Shown: positions 36,146-48,831 of the stretch, piece by piece
Numbering within the stretch: position 1 is the first letter of the stretch
How the letters are laid out: each line of letters begins with the position of its first letter
NCBI GenBank assembly: GCA_002269645.1
Contig: NIVC01002282.1
Location: forward strand, 123,234-187,233
Source: Macrostomum lignano
Lineage: Eukaryota
DNA length: 64,000 nucleotides
Reading direction: 5' to 3'
The notes under the pieces: generated by a model
Told to the model about the DNA's origin: nothing
Databases searched by the model: none
The model's input: only the letters and a program-made list of their open reading frames with translations
Made by a program: the position numbers and the translations under genes

Positions 36146-38723
36146 ACAATATCACCCAATCCCAACAGCTGAGGAGGTCCGCATGGCAACTGCTGGAGCC
36201 GCTGTATTTAGCACATTCGACGCAAAGGAGAGCTTTCACCAGCTTAAGCTAGATGAGAAGAGTTTGTCTCTTACCACTTTCCACACTCCGTTTGGTCGAT
36301 ACAGGTGGAAGCGTGTGCCGTATGGCCTATCTTCGATCCCAGAAGTGTTTCAGAAACGCATGTAAGAAAATGTTACCAGCCATGTGGAAAACGCTAAAAA
36401 CTTCTTCGATGATATTATAGTGTGGGGACGCACGATCGAGGAGCACAATACGGCGGTGCGCCAGCTAATGGAGCAGTGCAAGCGTGCAAACGTGACGCTG
36501 AATCCCAGCAAGGTGAAAGTTGGAGTACCAGAGCTAAGCTATTCAGGGGACATTCTCGGAACTGATGGACTGAGGGCTGATCCCCAGAAGGTTAAAGCGA
36601 TCAAAGAGATGGCAAGACCCGATTCTCTTGAAGGCGTGACAGCAAAGAAAGAACAGCTGAGGCGGTTTCTTGGCTGCGTCACGTACTTGGCCAGATTCTG
36701 CCCACACTTGTCTGCCACTGCAGAGCCACTGAGACACCTGCTGAAGAAAGAGGTTATATGGAGCTGGGTGGATCAACACGACCAAGCTTGTGATGAGATC
36801 GTCGCGGAACCATGCTCAAGCCGAGTGTTAGCCACGTTTGACACCAACAAGCCTGTCACAGTCTCAGTTGATGCAAGCAAGAGCGGCATCGGCGCAGTGC
36901 TTCTTCGAGAGGATCGCCCCGTCGAATACGCGTCTTCGGCTATGACAAGTGCTCAGCGCGCGTGCTCAGCGTGCTCAACGCGCAGATTGAGAAAGAGATT
37001 TTGGCCATCGTCTATGGTTGCAAAAAGTTCCATCGTTATATCTGGGGTCGTACGGTGCAAGTGCAAAGCGATCACAAGCCACTTGAATCGATCTTAAAAA
37101 AGGCTTTGTGCGTCACTACTCCTCGAATTCAGCGACTCCTGCTTCAGTTTCAGCCTTATGACATCCGCGTGAAGTACACGCCCGGCAAAGACCTTTATGT
37201 AGCCGACACTTTAAGTCGAGCTCACGGTGCAGCTGATCTTCTCACTATTCAGCTTGAGACTGCGCTTGACGGCCAAGTTTTATCGGTGGAACGCTGCTTT
37301 AGTGGTAATCGAGAAATCTTGCAGATGATGAAGACTGCGACAGCAGATGTGACTAGTGAGCGTTTGCGAACTGTCATCCAGGAGGGTTGGCCAGAGCATC
37401 GGTCAAAGTTTTCAGATGATCTGAAGCCTTTTGGGATATTCGAAATGACTTGACGTATGCCTCCGGTCTTCTATGCCTGAAGGACCGTATCTATGTCCCA
37501 AACGGCCACGCCCGGAAATCAGTGCTCAAAATTCTACATGCGGGGCACCCTGGCATCGTGAAAATGGACTTGAAGGCCAAGGACTATTTCTACTGGCCAG
37601 GAATGCAGAACTGCGTAGAGCAGGTCGTTAGTGAATGCGAGTCGTGCCAGTCGTGTCGCGCTGATGTCTGTGAATACGCCGGATTTTCCGTTCCAAGTCT
37701 GTTCGACTGACCTATTTGAGTTCACTGGTGGATCCTACTTGGTGTACGTTGACTCCTACAGCTGCTGGATGAGGGTCACACGGATGAGATCAGCCACAAG
37801 CTTGGCTGTCGCGAGTGCGATACGGGATCATTTTCAAAGCTTTGGAGTGCCAGAGAAGCTAGTCAGTGATGAAGGCCCGCAGTTTTCTGCTCGCGAGTTT
37901 CGACAGACAATGGCTGAATTCGGAGCACCGAACCTCGAGTCCAACGTACCCGTAGTCGAACGGGAGAGCTGAGCGCTACGTACAGACAGCTAAAAACATG
38001 TTGAAGAAATGCTCCGAGACAGGCCAAAGTCTGGAGTTGTCACTGCTTCACTACCGCAACACTCCGGTCGGCAGCGGCTTTCCAAGCCCGGCGGAGATGG
38101 CTTTCGGCCGTAAGCTTCGATGTGACCTGCCAGCGACTGTCAAGGACTTGCGGCCAAAGAAAATTCATCTTCACTCCTGCATTGAGCCTTTTGAAAAAGA
38201 GCGCATTAGAGCTGCGCAACTGTACAATCGCCGAGCTCGACCGTTGCAGAAGCTAGCAGCTGGTGATCTGGTGTGGTTACAACGCGGTCGTCGCGAGTGG
38301 GTGGCAGCTGAGATTGATAGTTCGAACCCAGTACGACCTTGGGGAGTTCTCGCATTCGCTGAGACTGGACAGTTGCTCAGACGGAACCGCCGCTTCATCA
38401 GGCCTCGGAAGATTGGTGTGACAGTCGGTGAATTCCAACAGAGCAGCGAAGAGGACGAGCAGGGAGATTGTCAGCCGGCCTTCGTGCAGCCGACCTCCAT
38501 GCAGCCAGCCTCCATGCAGCCGGCCTCCATGCAGCTGGCCTCCGTGCAGCCGGCCTCCATGCAGCCGGCCTCCATGCAGCCGGCCTCCATGCAGCTGGCC
38601 TCCGTGCAGCCGGCCTCCATGCAGCCGGCCTCCATGCAGCCAGCCGCCGTGCAGCGAGATGGGCCTTATCGGACTATGCGTGGCCGAGCTGTCAAGACTC
38701 CTGAGTATTACCAGGCAGCCTAA
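36146..38723 (+). pseudogene. Gypsy A RT-RNaseH-integrase remainder
   Basis: HPIPTAEEV...FSTFDAKESFHQ, FFDDIIVWG, VDASKSGIG, IEKEILAI, integrase H-H-C-C and SDEGPQF; C-terminal YRTMRGRAVKTPEYY; several frameshifts. Confidence 0.92.
38482..38655 (+). repeat. 15-bp coding repeat (QPASM/QLASV) in the integrase tail
   Basis: About 11 in-frame copies of GCAGCCGGCCTCCAT. Confidence 0.92.
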
Positions 38724-39258
38724 GTACTGTAAGCTGCTGGTGACTGTCACTTGATGTAGTACTTATTCTTGAGCTAACTTAAACTTTTTAAGCATCTAAA
38801 AAATCAGCTTGCAGCATTCGGCCATAACATTGTAATACTTTCTGTATTCCTCTAATATCTCGGATTGCATGACTAACTAACCTTATAACAAATATGATTT
38901 TTGTTTTTATCCTGCTCATACAGTATCTGTTCAATATTGCGTTTTTCATACCTTTCTCAGAGATATAAGTTCGCACCAATGCTATTTTATTTCGATCGTT
39001 TTCGAATAAATAACTTTCTTAAGGGAGATGTTGTGCATTGCATTGTGTATCGATTGTATCGGGTGATTTGATTTTACTGAGAGCTCAATCCATCCATTCA
39101 ATAATGCTAAAATGCTTCATTTATGCGCACTGGCTTTGTGTACGTTCTACAATGTACATCGCTCGCTTAGTTAAATATATAAGTCGGGGCTGGGCCAGTT
39201 TCTAGCCATAAGAGTTTTTGACTAGCCTTACACACTGACTCTTCTAAAAAAACTAACA

Positions 39259-39890
39259 GTCATTGTTCTCAAATTCCGTGTATAGACTACTACTGCGCAA
39301 CACTCGAGCATCGTTGACACTTCCAGGCCATGAAGCATTGCATGCCAAGAACTGGTGCTGTAGGCCAGCAACTAGCATCACGTTCGAAGAGTGGTTCCCC
39401 TTACGGTCGACAAACTGCTCCTCGGCGACACAAAACGGCACGAGAGTCCTATCGATAATGCCACTGACCGACGGCATAGAAGCTTTGTGAAAAAAACTTC
39501 CGGCAGATTGATAATGAAGCATCTTGATTCGGCCAGCCGACAACTCTTAAAAGAGTTCCTCATTTACCAACCGCGAGACTTTGCGGACCACTTGACAGAC
39601 AGTAGCTTCGGATGGCCCGTGTGCGTCTCTGAACATGTGGTAGAAGCTGTTTGTGGCATAAACCGAAGTGCTGTTAGAAGCTGCTCCGTTGGAGACAAAG
39701 CTTGGTTTTTTTTGCGTTGCAGGTGATAATTGCTCTCCGATTCGTTGCAGCAACTCCTCCGCGGTAGCAGGGTTGACACGAAAGCGTTCTCTGAAGTCTG
39801 CATTGACAAGGAAGTTCCTCCTGTCAAGAAAATACGCGGAGATCGGCGTTGCTTCGCACGCAGCAAATCATGCGAATGCAAAAATTCCAT
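39259..39890 (-). pseudogene. Harbinger transposase, N-terminal piece
   Basis: ALSPTEQLLTALRF(Y)ATNSFY, GIIDRT (first Asp), FVDRKGNHSSNV, WPGSVNDARVLR; frameshifted. Confidence 0.88.
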
Positions 39891-41899
39891 TTCTGACTTG
39901 GATAAAAGTTAATCAGTTAAAATTTTGCTCTAACTATCAGTCTGCTTGTTTTATAAAATCGAATCTTTACTCTGCAGTAGATTTATAAATCTAAAACCAT
40001 AGACAGTTAACTATGGTTAGCTACCAGTGTGTTTATAAAACTCGACCCCAAACTTTAACCATTAACCATAGATAAATATCTGCTATCTGTGTTTTATAAA
40101 ATTGACCCCTCTGCTGTTAGTATTAGGTGACTGTGATTTGCTTGTAACCCTTATATTCTACCGTCGTTTCTTAGAATCCGACATTCCGACTATAGATAAC
40201 TGTCCGTTTCTCGGATAACCCGGCTAAATTAATAGTTGCTTGTAATCTGACTGAATAAGAGGTAGAAGAGGGAGACAGGGAGGAGAGGGAGAGAGGGAAG
40301 CGAGAGAGAGACAAAAAATTATACAAAATAACGTGCACTTTCACAAAGTTACTAATAATTTGCGTGAGCTGGTACGGATTATTAACAGGATATATGAGCT
40401 ACTTCTGCAAACCTGCAATTTTCCAAAGTAGTAACGCTTTCTAGAAAATACTCTGTCAAAGCATAACCGTCTCAAATCAACATATAAATGGATTCGTGGT
40501 ATTGGATAGATAGACGAGGATAGATAGGATAACTGTGCATAATACAGTCGTTTGATGTTTAATGCTAAAACGTACAGGATACGTAAAAAGAAACTAAATA
40601 GGTGCAAAATTTTACGCACTTGGAGATAGGGCGCGGTGAACCAGCTAGTGATTTTCTCTACATTTTATATACAATGTAGTTGTTGGTGCAGCCCTGACGT
40701 CAACATCCATATAGCAAATAATGTAACATACGAAACGTCAGCAAATTCATGTACTGGTATGTTCGGCACGACGTCAAAAACATTGATTTTGCTTATTTGA
40801 TAATGTAGTGTACACAAGTAAGGAATATAACATGTACATGATGGCTTCGGCCTTTTTAAGCCTATAGCTTCGGGCCTCAGAATTCAGAAATGAATCACTT
40901 AGAACTCTGGCCTCTCACTCCTGTCAGATGGTCAGCCCCATGGTAGCTAGATTGTGGGCGAGCAGCAAGGTCCTATAGCTAGGAGAAGACAGCGAGAGAC
41001 AAGCAGGGAGAATTTGAAAGGTAGAGATTAGCTAATCCGCAGATTAACTAACCCGCTGCCACCAGTCCGTGCGCCCCGGCTCACCAAACCGGAGCTATCG
41101 AAATCGGGACTTCTGACTAGAGGGGCATTGCACTTACCTGCCATCTAGTGTCTTTTAGCTGTCCATCTCGAAGTCATAACCGAATAGAAGGGACGCTGCT
41201 GGGACTAAGATTGCATTGGCCATGCAGGGACAGAGAGGACTTTTGCAGGGGGTTCTTGCGCTGGCGAGCCTTCATGCACTACTAAATGTACTATTTCATT
41301 ACCAAATTCCCAGAAGTACATGTATAAGTACACGTAACTGCACGCTTTTGGCACTGAATGTGTTAACACGTCGACAGATAGCGATGATGTAGATGCATTG
41401 TCACTTTCGGAGATCGTTAGACTAATATTTAACTTACTTTAGCCGCTTAACTGCCTGTGACCGCGCCAAAGCGACAGTCTGGCTCTTAATTTGCATGCTT
41501 AACATAATGATTTCTTAGATCGACTGATTTACTGGGAACTGTACCGCTTCCGGTCCACTATGACCTCTGCCTCTAGATTTAGCCGCTCATCTCAGCTGGC
41601 ATTGCGAAAAGGAAAGAAAACGCCAAGTCTGTAACTTCCAGATTTAACTTTCTCACTTAATCCGCAATCCTAAACACTTTAGATTGAGTTAGAGCAAATG
41701 ACTACTTTTAATATTAACTGACACTTCTGCCCCGAGATTGGCACACAAAAGCAAGTAAGCAAAAGTGCAAATCCTATCAGACTACCTAGGAAGGGGTCAG
41801 ACAAAGGGTGCACCCAGTTAAGCAGGTCAAGAGAGCCTCTCAACAAACCAATCAGAGGACCTATCTGCCGGTAGCCAGGGAATCCACAGAGACCGAAAC

Positions 41900-42350
41900 A
41901 CTCAGATGGTATGCTGCTGCTGATCTTAACTGACGCGTGACGCTGTTGCTCTTCACTTGCCGGTTGTCGTTGCTGTTCTTAGATCACTGCCGGGAGATAT
42001 TAATGATGCTTCTCAGGGGAAACTTAGCTTTCAAAGCTGAAACTGCCGGGCGAAGGAGGATCAGGTCGGCAGGACCGCAGGGGGAAGAGCCTGAAGGCAG
42101 TATCAGGCTATCAGGCCAAGTCGAGCGCCCCAGAATGCCTTGGCAAGGACAAAAACCGGGGGGGGGGCGTTTTCGAGCGCGGTTCGAGTTGCCGCCTTTT
42201 ATAGCTCTCACGCAGCCGATTTGTTATAACGCACGCCGAATTTTCCGATTGGCTGAGAGCTTTTGTTAAAATAGTCGTCGAATTTTCTGATTGGTCAAGC
42301 CGGGAGCAGTCAGGTCGACTCTGATTGGTTGGGCTCAAGACCCCAAAACC
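41900..42350 (-). promoter_or_regulatory. LTR-like promoter module (3 CCAAT boxes, TATAAAA, pyrimidine-rich start region)
   Basis: ATTGG at about 42249, 42290 and 42324; TATAAAAG on the minus strand near 42200; followed by CCCCGGTTTTTGTCCTTGCC. Element boundaries were not resolved. Confidence 0.4.
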
Positions 42351-44116
42351 CACCCTACCAGGTGGCCTTCAGACCCCAGGGAAGATGACAGGTGCGGTCA
42401 TAAATCATGCGCAAAACATAATAAAAACCACTTGTCTAGACACCCTGGCGCCAAAAGTGACAGCAAAACACCCATAAATTAAAGGAGAAAGTAACAGAGT
42501 GAGTGGGGAGAAAGCTGGAAAGACCTCTTTGACCCAGACAGGCTGGAGCCAAAAGTGACAGCTAGACGGCCATAAATCACTGAAAACAGTGAAAAAGCCG
42601 CAAATCTGTGGGTCAGAATGGGGTTGAAACCATTCCTCCCAGACTTAGTGTCGCCCGTCTAGACTGCTAGAGGTCAATCCGTCTTAAACCCAAACAGTCT
42701 GACCTTCAAAGATGCGTAAACAATCCAAAATTAGAATCCTAAGAGGAGTACATTGAGTATTTATCATAATTAATAGTGAGGGAATAAATTAGTGTAGAAC
42801 TTAGCCTGGATGAGAGAATGGGGAGATATTCATAAGCTAGCCTACTGACAGTAGGGGAAAAGCGCATCGAAGCGAAATGTGCGGTTTTAAGATTGAAAAA
42901 AGATGCGTCCTTATCATACATGTACCATTTTAACATGGATTGACATCCCTCTGCATTAAAAACAGATACTTACCCCGGCTGGTCGCTCTAAATATTCAGC
43001 AAAAATATTTTTAATTTAAAAAAACGCACTTTTCAAATAAAAAATCAGTACATGTGCATATACCGTTTGGAAGCTGCACAGCTTCTACAGGTAGAACCGT
43101 TATCTTATGAAATGACGCAACTTTGACCTGTTGGCATTTACTTTTGGCTTAACCGGTTGAGCTTAGCTATTTACATGTATACCCGTACACCCGTATACTT
43201 TGCACTTGTTCAGGTACTCGTAAATTGAGACTCATGTACATTAACTGCATAAGAACCCGTCATGACCGTTATAGCTCTAGGCTGCCCATATTTTGTAATT
43301 TTTATTGTAACAAAGATAAATTACTTTAGCAACAACAGCCACAACAACAGCAGATAGAGTAGAGCACAGTTGCAGAGTTGTTAAATTGAAATATTAATTT
43401 TTCTCTTGATAGTTACAGTGATGTGTAAAACAGTTGCGCACTGAAGATAAAATAGAAATTTAGAGGGAGCGCTGAGTCGGAGAAGGCTACGACTATTTTC
43501 AGCTGGTAAAGGGGAGCTTTGCAGCTGTCAATATCGAATTTTGAGGGCTTGCGTGCTTGTGCGCTTGCGACAATAATGACATGATGATGACAATAATGAT
43601 TTTCATTAACATGTTCAATGTAAGAAAATTCCAGGTGACTATGTAGAAATTTGCGGGCTCTATGTTAGGGATAGGCTGGGTGTTGGAGCCGAGCAGAATG
43701 TCGATGGTAGAAGTCTAGAAGTTTAGGAAAAAGAGGGAAACGGAAGGTTTTATTTAGTTTTTTTATGAGAGAAACGCAAGAATTTAATGTTCTGTTTTGA
43801 AAGCCATTTGGAGACTAATTAACACTCTATGAGCGATTCGCTTTTTGAGAATGTTGAACTTGGCGAATCTGCCGGATCAAATGGTATCCAGATTATCAAT
43901 GGAGGAGCTGCATTTTGTGACGTCCGAATCTGCAACTAATATAAATATCTGGAGGCTTTGAGTGGCAAGTTTGCTCGAAGACTGGTGAAGTAGAATTGAA
44001 CTTTCAATTTAAGCGGTGTTAATGGTAAGCATTAATTTTTCGAAAGTGAACGTCTGTTTAACGGAACGAACTGAACTTTAAAACTGATCATTTACGTCAT
44101 TGTTATTATTAACGTA

Positions 44117-45051
44117 TTGCTTTTGTCGTGCTTTGTGTAACAGTGGGCATGCAAAACGGAACGGCCCATAGAATTCTATAGCCAAGTGTTTGAATTAACC
44201 CGGGAAAGCAAGCCATAGACAACTCGATTTGTTATGTAATATGGAACGATGACCCGGAATAGAAGGAACGGTTTGAGTTTTATTTACAGAAAGAACAGAA
44301 ACAGACATTAACGAAGCACATTTTAAGTCACAAATTGAAACCATCAAATATAAAAAGGTCAACTCTTCGTTAGCGTATTCGCTTCTGGCGTCGAGGCTTT
44401 CGACTCGGTTGGTGTTTTGGAGCACATCCGTCCTCTTGGTAGCAAGTTTGATCGTAGAGAGCAAACCATTCATTGCTCGATCAATTGTTTTAAGGCTCAT
44501 ATGCGGCTTGTCAGGAAGGCTTCCAACCAGCTTCTCAACCATTGAATTTAGCGTTAGAAAGGGATTTTGCTCCACCTCTTGTTGTAAAAAAATGCATCTC
44601 TGCGTCAATTTTGCAGCTTTCTTCTTTGCGGCCTCCACGAGGCAAAGCTTCCAATCTGCCGGCTTGTTCGAATGTTGACCAAATGCGGTGAACGGAAGTT
44701 TCGGATACTTCTAACAAAACTGAAACATCCGTCATCGACAGTCCACGATGCAAGGCGGCTTTGATACGCTGTCGATCGCGTACAGAAATTTGTGGGGCCA
44801 TTTATACGAACGTAACTTAGCTCGACGAATCGTTAGAAAATAAAAGCGTCTTGTCTCGCTGTGAAAAGCTCAAATCGTTCCTTCTATTTTGGCTCACGTT
44901 TCCTTCTATTTTGGCTCACCGTTCCATATTGCAAGACAAATTAAGTTGTCTATGGCTTGCTGTCTCGTGTTGATTCAAGTGCTGGGCCTTAGAACCCTAT
45001 AAGCCGTTCCGTTTTGGATGTCCCCAGTTCCACATAGCATGACAAAAGCAA
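44117..45051 (-). mobile_element. Internally deleted IS630/Tc1-like element related to the 17172-18756 copy
   Basis: About 115-bp imperfect TIRs starting TTGCTTTTGTC; TA flanks (44115-16, 45052-53); transposase N-terminus ALPRGGRKEESCKIDAEM versus ALQRGGIREESSKIDAEM; DDE core missing. Confidence 0.85.
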
Positions 45052-46187
45052 TACTATACTATTGTCGCTACTGCCGAGTCGTTGCTGTTTGAAAAAAAAT
45101 ATACTTGCTTGTTACAGTGCTTGGTGCTGAGCTGAGCAAAAATTGGGTGCTACCATAGACTATGGAAACTTCGAAACAAAATTTTATTACTTTTCACCCT
45201 GAAAAGGGACACTGACACTTAAGCCCAGAAAAGTTCATGACAATGGATAAATAATCAGCGGTCCCAGTGCGTGACAACAATTGTCTGGCGAGCGCCGGTG
45301 CATGACCGCTGGGAGGATCCAACTAGCCATTGAAAGCTGCGATCAGGGGTCTGTGCTACCGAATACTCTTTCCCCTAAATCCTTAACAGTGTCCTAACTC
45401 CTAGCTCCTAGATAGTTTTCTGTGCTATAGAATCAAGAGTAAATTTTAAGAGCTAAGAGGCTCCTTAATGACGTAGGAGACTCCTTGGTGAATTTATGAA
45501 ACGTCATTAAGGTTTGTCGCGTGCATGCTATAGAATAAAGAGCGGGGAGGATTTGCCGTTAAGGAGTGAGATTCCTAACTCTTCTAACTCCTAGATAAGA
45601 TTTCAAGGGCCAAATTTTAATCTTAGGTTCGTAGGAGTTTCCTTTGTTATGTTTTCGGACAGTTACCTGGGCTCGGACGATGAGGGAGCTAACGATCGGC
45701 GACCCAGGCAATTTAAGCAATTAAGAATAAACTTTTTCAAAGAATTTCCTACTGTGTCACGGGTTCGGCTCAATGAAAATCAACGTCAATTTAAAAAAAA
45801 CAATGCTGCATCTTAAAACATCACAAATTGTCCTAGATGTCGACACGTATTATTAACATTGTCTGTGCCGAAAACGGGCACTGTTTTGCTGGGAACAATA
45901 AAGACCAATTTTATGGTCTCTAATAGCACCCTTGTTATTCATTTATTATGAATATTAGAGCAAATGAGAGCAATTAATTGCGATAGCAGTGAAACCTTTT
46001 TCTATTGACTTAGTCTATCAACTTGTTAAATGCGCTCTCTTTCTCCAATTAAATCGCAGGCTTGTAGCCTAAAATGGTTTTATTGCTTTACGCGCTCGTA
46101 GCCGCTTTTCAAGGGGGTAATAAAACTTGTTGTTGAATTAATCCGAGAATTACTCCTTAAATTGCATACATTTAGGAGTATAATGTA

Positions 46188-48831
46188 GGTACCTCTCATT
46201 TCCCCGATTCTCGTTTCGCCGACATTCTCATTTCGCCGATTCTCGTTTCACCGAATTTCGTTAGCTTACCAGCATTACGAGCGTAATTTTAACTCATATT
46301 CAACTCAGAAGTCAATGCAATAAACCACTTGTTTATTTCACCAGAAAAGTCACCAGAAACGATTTCAATCGGAATTTTTGTATTTCACATTCGCAATCAA
46401 TTTAATTTCTTTTTTTTACTCATACTGGACCTAACACGAACAGTAAGAAGTCGAATAACAGACCACAGATGCAGACATTTTAACAATAAACTTTAAAATG
46501 TTAATATCACTGTAGTGTGAGCATCTTTGCGTGTATTTTGTTGTAAATTGACTGCATTAGTTTCTATATTGTTATTGAATTATTATTTTGCTTTAGTTTA
46601 GTCATGCGTTTTTGGTGTACACTTTTTCTAGTTGTTTGAAATCTAAAATTGTAAACAGGTTAGAGTTAGACGCCGTTTGTGACTCAGCGGAGGGTTGAGT
46701 TTGTCTGCGAACCCTAGCTTTGCGCGGCCAGCCAATCAGAACCGGCCTGGACCCTGGCACACGGCAAGTTTCAATTCTACCCGGCGCCGCGGGCACAGTG
46801 CAATTCGGCTTAAGCAGGCGGCCGGCCAGACGACCACCACCCGGCTTGAGGGGGTTTCGAGGGGTTGTGACTCTGACTATATATGAAAGTGTGTTTTGGC
46901 AATCGGATCTCGCTTGCTCCCTTTCCCCGGTTTTGTCTTGTCCAGTTCCCGGCCGGTGGCCCGATTTCTCCTCTCTTGTTGGTTCGCGCTTTGAGGCGCC
47001 TGAATTCATCACCCCCGGTCCATATTTTTGTTCCCGCCCAACCGCAGTAGTCTTGCGGCGTAACGTCTACGGCAAATTCCTGTCTGAAGTCGTCGCTATC
47101 AAGCGCGGTTAGATAGAGACTGTCGGATCTGATCAAGTACGCGGCCTCGACCCCGAGGGCCTCAGTGTTACACTGAAGGGCAGTGCCGATAGAATTTAGT
47201 CGGTACTCCGTTGAACGGTCGATTCGGCAGGGCTCTCGTTTGAGAGTAGGTTCTGGCTTAGGCCAGGGGTTAGGAGTCTTTCTCCGTGGTCCTGTGTTCG
47301 GTGCCTCCTTCTTCTTCCTCAGCTGAGATCCGCTTGTCAGTGCGTAATATAATCATTATTATTAATCGTTATTATTCGTTATCATCAGTCTAATTATCTG
47401 CGCCGCGAATTTGCTTGAATCCTGTAACTTGAATAATCAAATTAAATCGTCTAGCCAATTATCAGTTGTATCATATAGGATTATCACTCTCTAAATCTTT
47501 CGGTTTGTGTTCCCTCGTGTTCTTTATTTTCTTGTACTGTACCTGCGGCTATTGGAGAAAGACTGGTAGGACTCGCCGACCGGCGATAGGCGATTAGGAT
47601 TAATAGCTTTAAAATCTCCAAACGCTCCAAGTAGGTTTGTCTAGGGCCTAAATAATTGCTTACCGTGCATGCTATTATCTAGTTGCCTATTTATCACATC
47701 ACTACGAGTTCAGTTCAGTTGAAACTTAGACAACCGCGTCGTGCAAAGTGTAGCTGCAAGCATTCCCGTAGTCCCGTAGATTTTTTTTGCCGTTGAGAAA
47801 CTGCCCTCTGAAGGTCGCTAGAGCATTCGCTAGTTGCCAGATTCGGAGCCTCGGCTGCGGTGGTACAGTCCCGGCTCGCTGCTCAATGCACGTCTCTGCA
47901 TTGACAATTTCAACTCGCAACTCCTTTACGAATTCGTGGACATTGAGCCGGTGGTTGCGACTTATCGAATTTAGCGCATGGTGTTGGCTCTCCGCGGCAT
48001 TGATAGTTCTGTCTGCATCTTCATTAAAATGGTTCCACATTTGTCGGTTATAGAGAGCGTTTGGCTGTGACCAAGTGTTCAGGAAGTAGCCCAACAACGC
48101 ATGGCAGTTTTTATGAGCAGCATGCCCGGGTTCAGGCATGTCGGTGGGTGAACTGGCCATCGTCCTGATATGGCTGCAATACTGGCAAGCTCAAAATCGG
48201 TCAAGAAGTGGTTGCACATTAGTTAGTGGCCAGTCAGTTGTCTGCAGGCATCATGCAAGTAGTGCCACATTGCCTCGTGGGTGACTTGCTGCTTTTTGGG
48301 CATCTCAAATATATTCGGAACACAGTTGAAGGTACCGTCAATTTGATGGCGATCAGTTTCTGCGAGTTCGCGGATCAGCTGGTTCGATGATAACCCAACG
48401 ATGCGCTTCGGTGTGCCTCCTTTGATGTCGAAAACTCGCAGAGTCTGTTGAGTCTATGGATCAACGATATAATCAGCTCGAGTGGCCGGAAGAGGGAGCA
48501 AGTTTTTGTGCCAAACACGGTATGCTGCATCCTTGATACTACCGAATGTCGGCAATGTCGCTGGATTTGCTTAAAAGGCATCCATAGCAATGGCCTGCCG
48601 GTATACTTGAGTCATTTGAGCGTTGTTGTTGGTACACTCATTCTTGGTATGCTGCAAAAACTGCAGACATCTAAATCACATTTGCATTAGTGTAGTTGTC
48701 TATGGTCTAATGTCCAGATGGTTATGAAATTAATTTCGGCGAAACGAGAATCGGCGAAATGAGAATGTCGGCGAAACGAGAATCGCAAAATTAGATTCAG
48801 CCAAACGAGAATCGACAAAATGAGAGGTACC
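46188..48831 (-). mobile_element. MULE/Mutator-like DNA transposon, decayed
   Basis: TIRs GGTACCTCTCATTT followed by TTCTCGTTTCGCCG subrepeats; minus-strand remnants QIDGTFNCVP, LTDFELA and YFLNTW...WNHF...RTINAAESQHHALN (47726-48700). No TSD seen. Confidence 0.75.
46650..47700 (+). mobile_element. LTR-like insertion inside the MULE
   Basis: CCAATCAG at about 46731, TATATAT at about 46878, then CCCCGGTTTTGTCTTGTCC, as in the 42200 module. TG...CA ends are plausible but no TSD was found. Confidence 0.4.

Larger units (their letters stand above)
27669..39258 (+). mobile_element. Gypsy (Mag-like) LTR retrotransposon A, defective, with nested insertions
   Basis: LTRs at 27669 to about 27894 (3' end and PBS deleted) and 39029-39258; PPT AAGGGAGA; 5-bp TSD GTCAT (27664-68, 39259-63). 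Confidence 0.92.
22500..40109. mobile_element. PIF/Harbinger element expanded by nested insertions (left end uncertain)
   Basis: Convergent Myb/SANT-like gene (+) and DDE transposase (-), which can be rebuilt across the insertions; Harbinger-like right terminus TGTTTTATAAAATTGACCCC ending at 40109. No matching left TIR was found. Confidence 0.7.

Noticed and set aside
40340-40650. Possible Helitron 3' end (GGGCGCGGTGAACCAGCTAG|T)
   Set aside because: No clear hairpin or matching 5' end could be identified.
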